A stretch of 64,000 nt of DNA from Tetramitus jugosus (Eukaryota; Protista; Heterolobosea): positions 62,001 through 126,000 of the forward strand of contig OW569355.1 in NCBI GenBank assembly GCA_937625935.1, in the 5' to 3' direction. A model generated the notes under the pieces. That model saw only the letters and a list, made by a program, of their open reading frames with translations, ran no database searches and had not been told where the DNA came from. Shown piece by piece: positions 31,455-43,300 of this stretch (position 1 is its first letter; each line of letters starts with the position of its first letter). Made by a program: the position numbers and the translations under genes.

Positions 31455-34400
31455 TTATTGGCCTTGATAACTTGGATGTACAATTAAGACAGCCTGATCC
31501 TTATCCTTGTCGGTCAACTCAATGAGAACACTCTCGGTATGCACCAATCTGTCAATAATTTTGTTGAGTACTTTGATCTTGTCTCTTGCCTCTTTCTCTG
31601 TGGCGGAGGGCATATGTGTCGTTATGTACCAATTCATGACATTCTTTCTGGTACATGATCCAGATTCACCATTCACTTCATCACCATCTCTAATAAAGTC
31701 AAGAATGGACATGGATATCTTCTTATATTCCTCATAACCGAGAGTTTTAGTCTTCTTTTTCTTGGACTGTGGAGCCAAACTGCCGTATTCTTCACTGGAT
31801 CTTCGTCTCTTGGAGGCTGAGGAATGTTCAGTTTCGTCGACATATTCATCTCTGTCAACACCATAATCTTGTGACAGTTTCAAAATAGACTCATCTTCCT
31901 TTCTTAACTCTCCTTCAAATTGATTAACAGATCTCCTAAACGCATCAAGTTGCTCTTCTTTCTCCTCTTGAAGTTGCTTCACTTTTTCGAGTTCTTCCTT
32001 CAAAGCCAAGTCCTCTTGTTCATCTGGATCATCACTATACATTATCCTTTCAATCTTTTCCTCCAGAACCATACGCCTCTCGATACACTCTCGAACAGCA
32101 GACTGAGCATCGGATGTGTTCTGTCTAGCTTTTTCAAGACCCTTCTCAAGAAGAGACTTCTTTTTCCTCAATTCTAAGACTGCTTGTTTCGTGGAGTCTG
32201 CTTGATTCTCCTTTCTTCGCTTTTTGATTGCATTCTCATCAGTGAAGTTGTATGAATAGTTGTCTGCAGCATCAAGATCAATTGGATCTCTGTCTACCTT
32301 CGTAATACTAGCTCTCAACAACCGAACAGCCTCGCGTACATGATATGGCTCAATATTCCTCTCATAATACACTCTAGCAAGGGCCTCAGATAATCTAATT
32401 AATGACTCAAGTTGTCTGACAGTAATTCTATACGAATTTGTACCAACTTTGTCGTTTTGTCTTAACTTACGGTATGCCAATACGAGCAACTTTTTAGAAT
32501 CCTCAGTCAGCTCTGGTTTTAGTGTCCTACAATATCGGATATACAATTTCAAATCATCAGGGGAATACACTGGCTTAACAACCTGGAACGCTCTACCTTG
32601 ATGAACATTGACAATGTGGTCAGCGATGCTTGTATCTCTCTCCTCATCACACTCATCACGAACTACGAAGAATAAATCGAAACGAGACATAATAGCTGGT
32701 GAAATACCCAAATTGGCCTTCAATGTTTTCCTAGGATTGTATCTTCCTCCAATTGGATTTGCGGCAGCCAAAATAGAAGCTCTGGCATTAAGCGTTGCTC
32801 GGATACCTGCCTTGGCAATAGAAATAGTTTGCTGTTCCATAGCTTCGTGAATAGCTACTTGATCCATCTGATCCATTTTATCAAACTCATCAATACAACA
32901 AACACCATTATCAGCAAGCATAAGCGCACCCGCCTCAATTGTAAACTCGCCTCTATCAGAATCTTTGACAACTGAAGCAGTCAAACCAGCTGCACTAGAG
33001 GCTTTACCACTCGTATATACAGCACGAGGTAACAAGGATGAAACATATTTTAAGAACTGACTCTTGGCTGTACTAGGATCTCCTACAACACAAACATTGA
33101 TGTCACCTCTCAGATTGATGTTTTCGTGAGCAGTTTGCTTATGAACACCTCCAAACAACATCATTAAAATTCCCTTCTTCACTTCTTCGTGACCAAAGAT
33201 GTTTGGCGCAAGACTAGTGACCAGCTTTTCATAAATCTTTTCATCTGTTTTCATTTGCAGAATTGTTTCGACTTGCTCCGTAGTACATGAATTGAAAAAC
33301 TCTCCTTCTTCTGGATCAACAACAGTGGATAGATGCTCTAATCTCTTTCGTTCTTCGTCATGTAGTCCATCTCTCAAAGCACGACCGCCGGTATAATTAT
33401 TTCCTATTCCATCGATAGTTTCAACACCTGAACATAAGAAACATAACTTATAATTTAAATCTCTAACACCGAGAACTTTCAATCCGGTTACGCCCTCATT
33501 TGGACCACCAGCATCATTCTTATTTTTGTTATTGTTTCCACCATCTCCTCCCCCGCCGCCTCCACTTGGCGCATCCACTGTTCCTTCTGACTGTGCTGCG
33601 ATTGATTGAGTGCCTCGACCAAACATTTTGGCCACATCAGGAATAACAATAAGAGACCCAGTAAACAAACATCGGTCACCAGCTTTGGCCAACTCAACAC
33701 AATCATTTCTCAAAATGACATCAATACAACGAGGCATACTTCCAGATGGAATTTCCTGGGCATTCTCCTGAACACGAACACGCTGCCAATCAACAAATCT
33801 GGATCTGTCCATATCTAATTGCCATTTTGTGCGATTGAAGCAGGCGTGATTTGGACAAGCGAGAGGCTCTGTGTACTTGAACTGTTGAGTGATTGGATCG
33901 GTTAATGTACCACACTCCAAACACCGAAAAACACCAAACAACAACTCTGGACGAACTTCACTCGTTCTCGTCACAGTACCACTCATCGTCAACAGTGCTC
34001 CAATTTCCTTTGTTCTCAGCTCTCGAATCTTCTTTTGTGAGCCAACATCATAAAAAGTGACCCAAAAATCTCTGAATAAAGCCTTTGTGGCATCCTCTGC
34101 ATCCGAAACCATATCAACAGCCATATACGTCTGTGGAAACAGTGATTTCAACACCTTGAACACAGAGTGTTGCAAATAGGGTTGTACTCTATAAAAATTC
34201 TTTCGAATCACCAATCCTAGTGCGTCGCTGTAATGCTCCAGATCACTCATACTCACTCTGAGTGTTGTCTTCTTGTCCGAAGAGTGCATTTCTTGAAACT
34301 CTCCACGCAGACGAAATCCAGGTGACTTGTCATTCGACTCTGCATCAGGTAAATTCACCATACTATCGTCATGTGTCATAAAAAAGATGGTGAGCAATGA

Positions 34401-34557
34401 CAAGCTTCAAGGTGCCACCACGCCATAATAATGGTTGCTTTGTTGTGTGAAAAACATACTCGAATAAAAACTTTTCAAACTGGACCTTTACAGTCTCTGC
34501 AAAATAGTCCAGGTGTCTATCGGCTGGGACACCATTACTCATGGTCGCTGCTGACAT
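31455..34557 (-). CDS. MCM6: DNA replication licensing factor MCM6 (intron 34363-34459)
   Basis: VTRTSEVRPEL, QQFKYTEP, GDPSTAKSQFL, YTSGKASSAAGLTA, IDEFDKM, SRFDLFF. The short first exon splices in frame. Confidence 0.95.
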
Positions 34558-35019
34558 GACGTTCGCTCTTTTGTTGGAAATTGATTTTGTGTTTGTTCGT
34601 TCTTGGTAACGACAAACAAAATTTTTGGAGGGAGAAAAATGGCGCGAACGAAACAAACAATTTCAAGGAAAAGTATGCAGATCTCCTTGAGCACTGAAAT
34701 GCAAGGACTGGATACATCCAGCTGAATTAATAAAAAGATCAGTTTTATAAAAAATTTCCCTCGCTCATTTGTACAGTTAGCATCATTACACTTTATTGTC
34801 CAAGTGGCTTAGAGAATGTTGCTCAGAGCCTTTTGTCTTTGGATCTCTGTTCAATCAAAATCATTCATTGTTTCATTCATGGTCGGCAACGAGCATTGCA
34901 AAGAAGCAGAAAAAAAAGCAATGTTGTTGTTAGCTCACAATAACGTCAACCCAAAAAAATAACAAGACAATTGGCAATCATCATCGTTTTAGCGGCAACA
35001 TTCTCGGATCAAAAAAAAG

Positions 35020-35391
35020 CTACATACTTTCCCAAGCAGCCTTCTTTTCCTCATTCTCCTTCTTGCATTGCTTGTGGCATTCACGGTCGAACAATGAACA
35101 CTTGTAGCAATCCCACATGTATGGCTTGGTTCTAACGTTCAAGTATCTTGGCTTAGATTCCTCAGAGAAGACATAAATCTTCTTGTCATCTTCTTCAGTC
35201 ATAGCAACCAACAATGGACCACCAATCATGACAAGAGCAGCCATACCCCATGCCTTTGGGACAGCGTCCTTCAAGATTTTCTTTCCTCCCTCATATGTAT
35301 CAAAAGGAGCAGTGGTCAAGTTTCTTTGTTGTTGATGTTGTCTGGCGAATTTGTTGGTGTTACCAATGGTTTGTCTAAAAGCGCGGAACAT
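35020..35391 (-). CDS. COX6A: Cytochrome c oxidase subunit 6A (Cox13)-like
   Basis: Mitochondrial presequence MFRAFRQ.., one TM helix, YLNVRTKPYMW..SLF motif. Confidence 0.75.
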   Translation of the reverse strand: MFRAFRQTIGNTNKFARQHQQQRNLTTAPFDTYEGGKKILKDAVPKAWGMAALVMIGGPLLVAMTEEDDKKIYVFSEESKPRYLNVRTKPYMWDCYKCSLFDRECHKQCKKENEEKKAAWESM

Positions 35392-35638
35392 GATGAATTG
35401 ACTGTCTAATTTTTTATGCTTGTGGGTGTTGATGTTGTGCGTTCGTTGCAGCGCTTTCTCTCCATCATTTCCACGACAGCCAAAAGTATACAAGAAAATC
35501 CCTAAACATGGTCTTTTATCGGATTTTTTCATTTTGCCGACATGGTCAACTAGTGGTTCAGTGAAGAGATTGAGACTTCAATGAAATTTTCGGACAAACA
35601 ACAAGGGAAAACGCGGGAGCAAGCTACAATAATTGAAG

Positions 35639-37252
35639 ATGCTTATCCAAGATCAACAACAAGAAGCTTTCACACGAAGGCTCCACACCATTCAACAACA
35701 CTTTCAACAATGTCACTCATCTGATGGGGATGCATCCAACACACATCAACAGAAACAATTATCTCTCATCTCCCACCATCACACAGCATCTGAAAGCTTT
35801 ACAAACTGGGCCAAGATCCACTCATGCCAACCCAAGAAAATCCACAGGCCAAAGACAGAGCAAGACCTCATTGATATCATGTCCTCCTCTGCTCTGACCA
35901 AGGAAAAGATTAGAGTCGTCGGTGTTGGACACTCACCATCTGATATCTCAATGACCAGTGAACACATGATCTCTCTTCATGAGAATTACAATCAAATTCT
36001 AATGGTCGATCGAGAGCATCACCTGGTTCGTGTTCAATCCGGTATTCAACTCAAAAAGCTAAACCATGAATTGGAAACCAAGTATAGCATGTCTCTGTCG
36101 AGTCTTGGATCCATTTCAGAGCAAACCATATCTGGAGCAATCTCAACGGGCACTCATGGAACAGGGATTCAATTTGGTTGCCTTGGAGACACTATTGTTC
36201 AACTTCAAGTGCTTTGTTATGTGAAAAAGTCGTTGAGCAACAGCAGTAACAACTCAGGAGAGCAAGGTGAAGCTCTCCACGTCCAAAAACTAACATTGAA
36301 CAAGGGATCAAAAGACAAGAGAGAAAGAGATCTTTTGGCGGCTCATTTGTGTGGGTTGGGATGTCTTGGTATCATTTCTACGGTAACCATTCAATGTGAA
36401 CCATTATTTTATTTGACAGCAGTTCAAAAACCGATGAAATTTGATCAAGTTGTGAACCAGTTACCAGAGCTAATACCGAGTGAGGATCATTGGAGATTTT
36501 GGTATTTTCCACATACGAATGATTGCATCACTTGGGGGGCAAGTCGCGTCAATCCACCTGAGCTTATTCATCACCCAAAGAGCACAGTATCGGCCTTGAC
36601 TAACGCAGTGGCAAGGCGTGTGAATCCTTTGCACATGGCAAGGGAGTTAAATGTGTATATGCGTGATCGAGTTGTTGGATATCATTTATTAGAGTTGCTT
36701 TTGTTTGTTTCAAAGTTTGTGCCAAAGCTTGTACCATTTATCAATCGGTTGTACTATCATCTCTTGTTCAGTATGAAGAAGGTATCAACTGATGTCAGCT
36801 ACAAGGTTTTCAATTTTGATTGTCTATTCTATCAATTCGTGAATGAATGGTCCATACCGATCGAGAATACTGCAATCGCTATGCAACAAATTAAGCAAAT
36901 GATTGAGACAAAGAGATACAATGTCCATTTTCCGATCGAAGTTCGATTTGTAAAGGGAGATGATATTTGGCTCAGTCCATGTTATGGAAGGGACAGTTGC
37001 TACATTGGAATTATCATGTATCGCCCTTATAATTACACGATTGATTATGAGAATTACTTTGCTGACTTTTTCAAGATTATGAGTGCTCTGGGAGGAAGAC
37101 CGCATTGGGCAAAAGACTTCTCGCTCTCTGAAGCACAACTTAGGTCCATGTACCCCAAGTGGCAACAATTTAAACAACTGAGGCGCGAGGTTGATCCACT
37201 GAATATCTTTGTGAATGATTACATGCAGCGCTTACATATTCTCGATGAATAA
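35639..37252 (+). CDS. L-gulonolactone / D-arabinono-1,4-lactone oxidase (FAD)
   Basis: FTNWAK, RVVGVGHSPSDI (covalent-FAD His), GAISTGTHGTG, HFPIEVRF, GGRPHWAK. Confidence 0.92.
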   Translation: MLIQDQQQEAFTRRLHTIQQHFQQCHSSDGDASNTHQQKQLSLISHHHTASESFTNWAKIHSCQPKKIHRPKTEQDLIDIMSSSALTKEKIRVVGVGHSPSDISMTSEHMISLHENYNQILMVDREHHLVRVQSGIQLKKLNHELETKYSMSLSSLGSISEQTISGAISTGTHGTGIQFGCLGDTIVQLQVLCYVKKSLSNSSNNSGEQGEALHVQKLTLNKGSKDKRERDLLAAHLCGLGCLGIISTVTIQCEPLFYLTAVQKPMKFDQVVNQLPELIPSEDHWRFWYFPHTNDCITWGASRVNPPELIHHPKSTVSALTNAVARRVNPLHMARELNVYMRDRVVGYHLLELLLFVSKFVPKLVPFINRLYYHLLFSMKKVSTDVSYKVFNFDCLFYQFVNEWSIPIENTAIAMQQIKQMIETKRYNVHFPIEVRFVKGDDIWLSPCYGRDSCYIGIIMYRPYNYTIDYENYFADFFKIMSALGGRPHWAKDFSLSEAQLRSMYPKWQQFKQLRREVDPLNIFVNDYMQRLHILDE

Positions 37253-37322
37253 ACAGTCTCTCAAATACATGTTTGCAATACACTATCAATTCATCAAAAC
37301 ATAAAATTTTATTTTAAGGTCA

Positions 37323-40300
37323 TCAATGCATGTTGACTCCTGGGAAACAAGGTGGCGCTGTGCAGAAAGTTGGAAGGTCAGCTAGCTCTGGCACCATGAA
37401 GGCACAAGTTACTTTGCTGCTGGCGCTCGATCCCCAGATCCACTTTGTTGACGCCAAGAATCCTGAGTAGAGCCAATTACCTTCATATGTTTGTTCGTTT
37501 GCTGTTGTCCAGCCATATACACTCAAGTCATCACTGCGCACAGGTTTGACATCCAAGAACCCTGTGCTGCATTTCCACGCGGAGGAACCGGTGCCGATAG
37601 TCTGTATTACTCTATTTCCCAAAATTATCTCAAATATGACTCCACGAACTCCTCCAGTGTTCTCTCCTTCCAGTACGATCATGTCTCCTGCTTGGATAGT
37701 CAGTTGGCCTTGGTATACATTTGACCATTTATTTCCCGCAACGATCAACACATTATTGACATACAGAGAGAAATAGTCATCAGCATTGACTCTGTACTGA
37801 CCCGTTTCGTACAAGCGAGTATCTATGGAGCTACATATCTGAGTTTCCATTTGTTGGGCAAACTGATTTCTCTGACTGGCAGTGGAAAGGTCGGACCAAT
37901 CAACTGGCATAATACTGCGGCCGAATTGGTTATCAAAACCCATGCGTTTGAAGGAACGCATCTCATAGGTACCCGGATTGGATCCCAGAGGTATGACAAC
38001 CACCTTATTGTCCCATCGATTGAGAGCCGTATTCAACGTATTCAATGCTTGGGCTGCTGGAACGGGATCTGCACATGGCATACATCGATTAGCCGAGCAG
38101 GTAGAGCACGTCGATTGATAAAGGGTAACAGCGGAGCATTTCTGTCCCGCGATATTACAGTACGAATCATCGCATTTGCATGGATAGTTTGGACCGTCGT
38201 CCGTTATCAGGAAAGTCACAGTTCTAGCTCCAGTTCTCTTACTCATCGCGTAGTACATCGCTCCCATTTCCATCATGTAACGTTGGTTTGTATTAGAGGA
38301 CGAGTCGAGCGAAACATCTGAAGTAGAACCAGTGAACGAACTAGAAGAGCTCGTGAGTTCTTGATAATCAATAACGTCGGTAGAGAAGGTTCCAAAGGCC
38401 AGACGAACTTGGGTGGATGATTGAAGGAGATCACTGGCTATCTTGTTAAGAATCAACCTAACAATCTTGTAGTTATCTCCCTGACCTTTAGCTACATCCC
38501 ATGCAAATACCACCTCAATTTTGTCTGTTCCGCATGTATTGCAGTTCGAGTTTTCAACATAAAGAGTTCCTGTGGCAGTTCGGGCGTTGTTTGAAGTCGA
38601 GCGAACTATATACTGGTAAGTCTTAACCTCGCAGCTATCAGTATTGGGTACAATAGAGAAGTACTTTGTTGAGCCTGATGTGGATACAGTCGGGCATGTT
38701 CCTCCAGAGCAAGTGAACTGTACAAATTCAATAGGAGAACCCATTGGATCATAGTCATTCCTGAGAAGCCATGATACAAGATAACTTGCGGATGAAGCTG
38801 ATTGGGATATCGTTACTCTGTCATTATTAGCCACAACACCTTGCTTGATATAGTTGAAAGTGATAGTCACCACTGTGATGGCTTCCCACCCACTATCACC
38901 ATCACTGATTTCGACAGAGGCTTGACAAGATAAGAACGATGAAGGATTGATAGTCAACAACAAACTACGAGCTACTGTTCCTACTCTAGCGGCCGGAGCA
39001 AGAGCACCAGTTCCACAATTACTACTTAATACACTACGAATATAGAGAGTACTGAGAGAATTATCAGAATCATCGACTTGAGCATCGGATAGATAGTCGA
39101 AGTAAAATTGCGAGGTAGTGGCTGAAGGAGCGACACTTGGCTTGGTGAAGTTGTAGATATATGAAGAGGCTATTGGAGGATTATTTTGAACTTGAGCACT
39201 GATTGAGAACACTGAAGTTGCAACACCATCACTGACGCGATATATAATTGAGAATGGAGCAACGCCGTTAGATGACCCAGAATACTTGATGGAGTATTGA
39301 CCACCTGACGATGTCAGCTGAACACTTCCATAGGAACTAGGGATTGGATCAACCGAGTAACTTATACTATCTCCATTCGGATCAGTACAATCCAACCTTA
39401 CAGTCGCCGAGCCTCCTTTGCTCACAACAATCGGAGCTATCGCTGTACATGTAGGAGGAGTGTTTGTTACATTAATAAAAACAGTTCCAGTTGCTGAGGT
39501 CAACTGGCCATCTGTCAGAGCGTAGGTGAAGGATGTCACTGATGAGAATGATGCGGAGACAGATACTTTCACTTGGTATCTGTTCAATAGCACAACTGCT
39601 AAACCTCCTGTTGATGATGGATTCAAACTCGAGGATAGAATAGAAATCGTGTTTCCATCGTCGTCCGTTAAGTAAGTGGAGGGAATTACATCAATAGTGG
39701 TAGAGGCTCCGTTGGTTGATTGTCTTGGAATAGTTATTGTTTGATTAACTGCTAGCAGCTGTGGTCTAGAGTTTGTAATGTTAATCGTGGCTACCCTGGT
39801 GTCTGAGAGCAATCCATCGGAGCAAAGGAACTGAAGACTCTCTGTTACGAAGCATCGACCTGTTGCACAACCACTGAAAGTAATTAGAGACGTAGTCGGA
39901 GTATAGGTAAGTATAGATCCGGACTTTGAAATTGATCCATAGTTCAGACTAACAGTAGTGTTCAATATCACATATTGAACACCAGATTTGATAGAGAGAA
40001 TAGGAGAGTCTTGGGAGTCTGAATCAGTACAACTCATTTGGTAGGTAACATTTTGAGGAGACCAGGCAGAACCAGCCCACATCATTGCTGTTTGAAGAGC
40101 AGAGGTTGTTGTAATTAATGGCTGTGTGTCATAAAATTGAACGGTAACATTGGCGAACATAAGAGCAGATACTTGATCCGACATTGAGTATCGGAATGTG
40201 GTATTGCTCGTTAGGTCGTTCACTTCGACCTTCTTGGCGAAGTTCAGCTTTTTGTTATCAGTGGATTTTTGGATTGTTGGAGGAGAAGTACCGGTTGGAT

Positions 40301-43300
40301 ATGCAATACTATCAGTAGAGGAGATACTTAACACATCACCATCTGCATCCAAATCGTTGGCGAGTGGATAAATATCAAACGAGCTATTCTTCCAGTGCTG
40401 ATACAGATAATCGTTTCTCGCAATTGGGTCGTTGTTGTACACGTATATTGTGGCCGAAACGGACACAGTTGTTGCATTATCAGACACCAAGTAGGAAAAG
40501 GTGCAAGTCTGCAAGTTGAACGCAGCAGGCTTATAGTTGATCAAGTCTCCGTAAGGGTTGCTATATTGAGAGGTGATCACTCCTTGAGAGGGTGTTGTTA
40601 TCTGAACAACATACAACCTATCTCCATCAATGTCAGTTGCATTGGCTAACAGACTAATATTAACTCCATTGAGATATGTTGACCAATGGATAGACTTTAC
40701 AATGTTCGGAACAACCGGTTTTGTGTTGTTGAGAATGACTGTGATAGAACCAGACACAAGAGCTAAACCATCTGTTACAGAATAGGTAATTGTTTGAGTA
40801 TCAAGAGGTTGCGATGAAGCTTGCTTGATAACAATGCTCTTGAAATCTGAGGTCGTGCTCAAAGAATCTACTTTCAAGCCAGTTCCTCCCAAAGTTCCAT
40901 TTTGAATCCGAAGATAAGTAATGTCTTCGGAGTCAACGTCATTCGCAATGTCAGGAGTGACGACTAATAGGGTTATGTTTTGTCCTTGATGAAGATAGAG
41001 AGTCTTTGTGGACACAGTAGGCGCATTATTGTACACATTCACTAGAACTGACTGGATGTTTTGAGACCAACCATCTGTAATTGTGACTTGAATAGTATCG
41101 TTGCTGTTGACGTTGGTAGAAGGGATGAAGAGAATTCGCTGGGAGTCAATGACCAGAGCAGTACCGCCATTTGTCGAGTTACGAACGGAGACGATAGACA
41201 CATGACCAGATACATCATTATCTTTCATCACTTGTGTGAGGTTCAGTTGGGCTCCAACATTGTTGAGTCTTGCTCTCCAATGGACTTGGTAATAGTGGGC
41301 ACTGTTATCAATGTAAGGAATACTGTTACGAATCGATACATATGCAATACCTTTTGATGAATCAAGTCTATCAGTTAAGTCGTACTCAAACAGTGCAGTT
41401 GCCACAAATCCTTGCGAAGGTTTGATTAACAAGATCGTGTTGTTCGTTGTGCAGTTAAATTGACCTTGGAATATGGTTCCAGAAGTAGAACAAGATGTTA
41501 TGTGTAAGTGTCCTTTGTCTTCAACATCCGCATCAGAACTATCAGATCCTGCGTTGAGGAAGAAAGATCCTCCTTGAGATATCAAATCTTCCCAATACAG
41601 ACTGACGTTATAGTTTTGGGCTTGAGGGGGATGATTATAAACTGTGACAATAGCAGAGCCAGGTGTAGCTAACATTCCATCTGACACTGAATAAGATAGT
41701 GAGTAACTTGTTTTGTCCGTTGTTGGTGGAGTGAAATACACATGTTTTCCATCAGAAGTCAAATTGAGGAATGAAGGAAGCATGGAAGCTACTTTCAAAT
41801 TGGCTTGATCTAAGCTATCCAGATCAGTAAAATTACTCAAGACACCCAATTCAACATTGCGTAGGGAATAGTGGACATTGAATTGATCTCCCAGGGTATT
41901 CAAATTGACAGGAGGGTTGTTGTAGATCGTTAAATCAATTGAAGAAGAAACGAAAACTACTCCATCTGTCACTAAATAGGAAATGAAACAATGACCGGAA
42001 GTTTGTCCAGTAGCAGGCGCAATCACACGCACAGAAGTACCTGATTCCACAGTGATCGACGATAGAACTTGCTGAGAGCAAGATGAAGTAACGTTCACTA
42101 TCAGAATGCTATCTCCATCACTGTCGTGTGCGTTGTCTAGAATATGGTTCAGCAATTTTCCGGTAGGACTCAAAATTTCTCTCCAGTGAAGAGTATAGTT
42201 TGTTGGTGGAACGATCGGTTGGCTGTTTGTGATCTCCACAGTAACAAGTCCGGTGGTGTTCTCGAATCCGTCACTTACAGTGTATGAAAAATAGAAAACT
42301 CCAATTTGATTGATTGTGTTAGTTCGGAATTGAACTGACGTCGAATTGGTTTGAGTCACGGATATTCCTGTTGAGAGCATAGCAAAACCAGGAAGTACTT
42401 GAAGAGTATCACCATCCGGATCTGTGGTTGAAGAGAGTAACGTCAGATCTACACTACCAGTAGGCAGCATATTATGGGTAAATGAGAACTTCCAAGGAGT
42501 AATCAAAGGAGGAGTATTATATACTTGAATCACGAGAGTGACGGATGCTGAATTCGTGCCATCAATCACAGTAAATGTCACTGAATCTCGTTCAAGGTTG
42601 ATCTGACTTTGCTTATACAAAATGTACCTTCCGTTGATACTAGCTACTCCAAAAGCTGGTTGAGTAGTAATGCTCGAGATGCTAAATGTACTATTTCGTA
42701 TTAAACTTGTATCGATATAAATTGGTATGTTTTTTCCGGCTTTGGCTTCGCTCCATTCTACCTTGGCAAACAAGGAGTACGGATTATAGTAAATGTTGTT
42801 CACTGTCATTGTTAGATTGCAAGTTGAGTTTTTCATGCCGTCGGTCACATAGTAGTCGAACACAATAGTACCTGTGTCGTTCGTTGGCATGTAAAAGACC
42901 GAATTTTCATCAACCTTGGAAATGTTTCCCTTGCTCATCGCACTGCTACTCAGATAAAATTCAAGATAATAGCTATCAAATATGTCGGCATCAAATATGT
43001 CTCTTCTAACGAAGATGGTGACACCGTCTATCAATTCCTGATAATGAAGAGAAAGTTGATAATTCTTACAAGTAGGGGCAGTATTTGTTACATTCACACC
43101 TATCACTGAACTTGAGTTGGATAATCCATCGCTCAGTGAATAGGGAAATGTTTCATAACCTACGAAGTAGTCATGATGATACTTCATTGAATTCACTCCA
43201 GAGGAGTCCGTGAGTTGAGCTACAGACCCTCCAAGAGTTGGTTGATCGAACGTCAGTGTCATTGTATCTCCATCATCGTCCAAGCGAGAGGAATACACCT

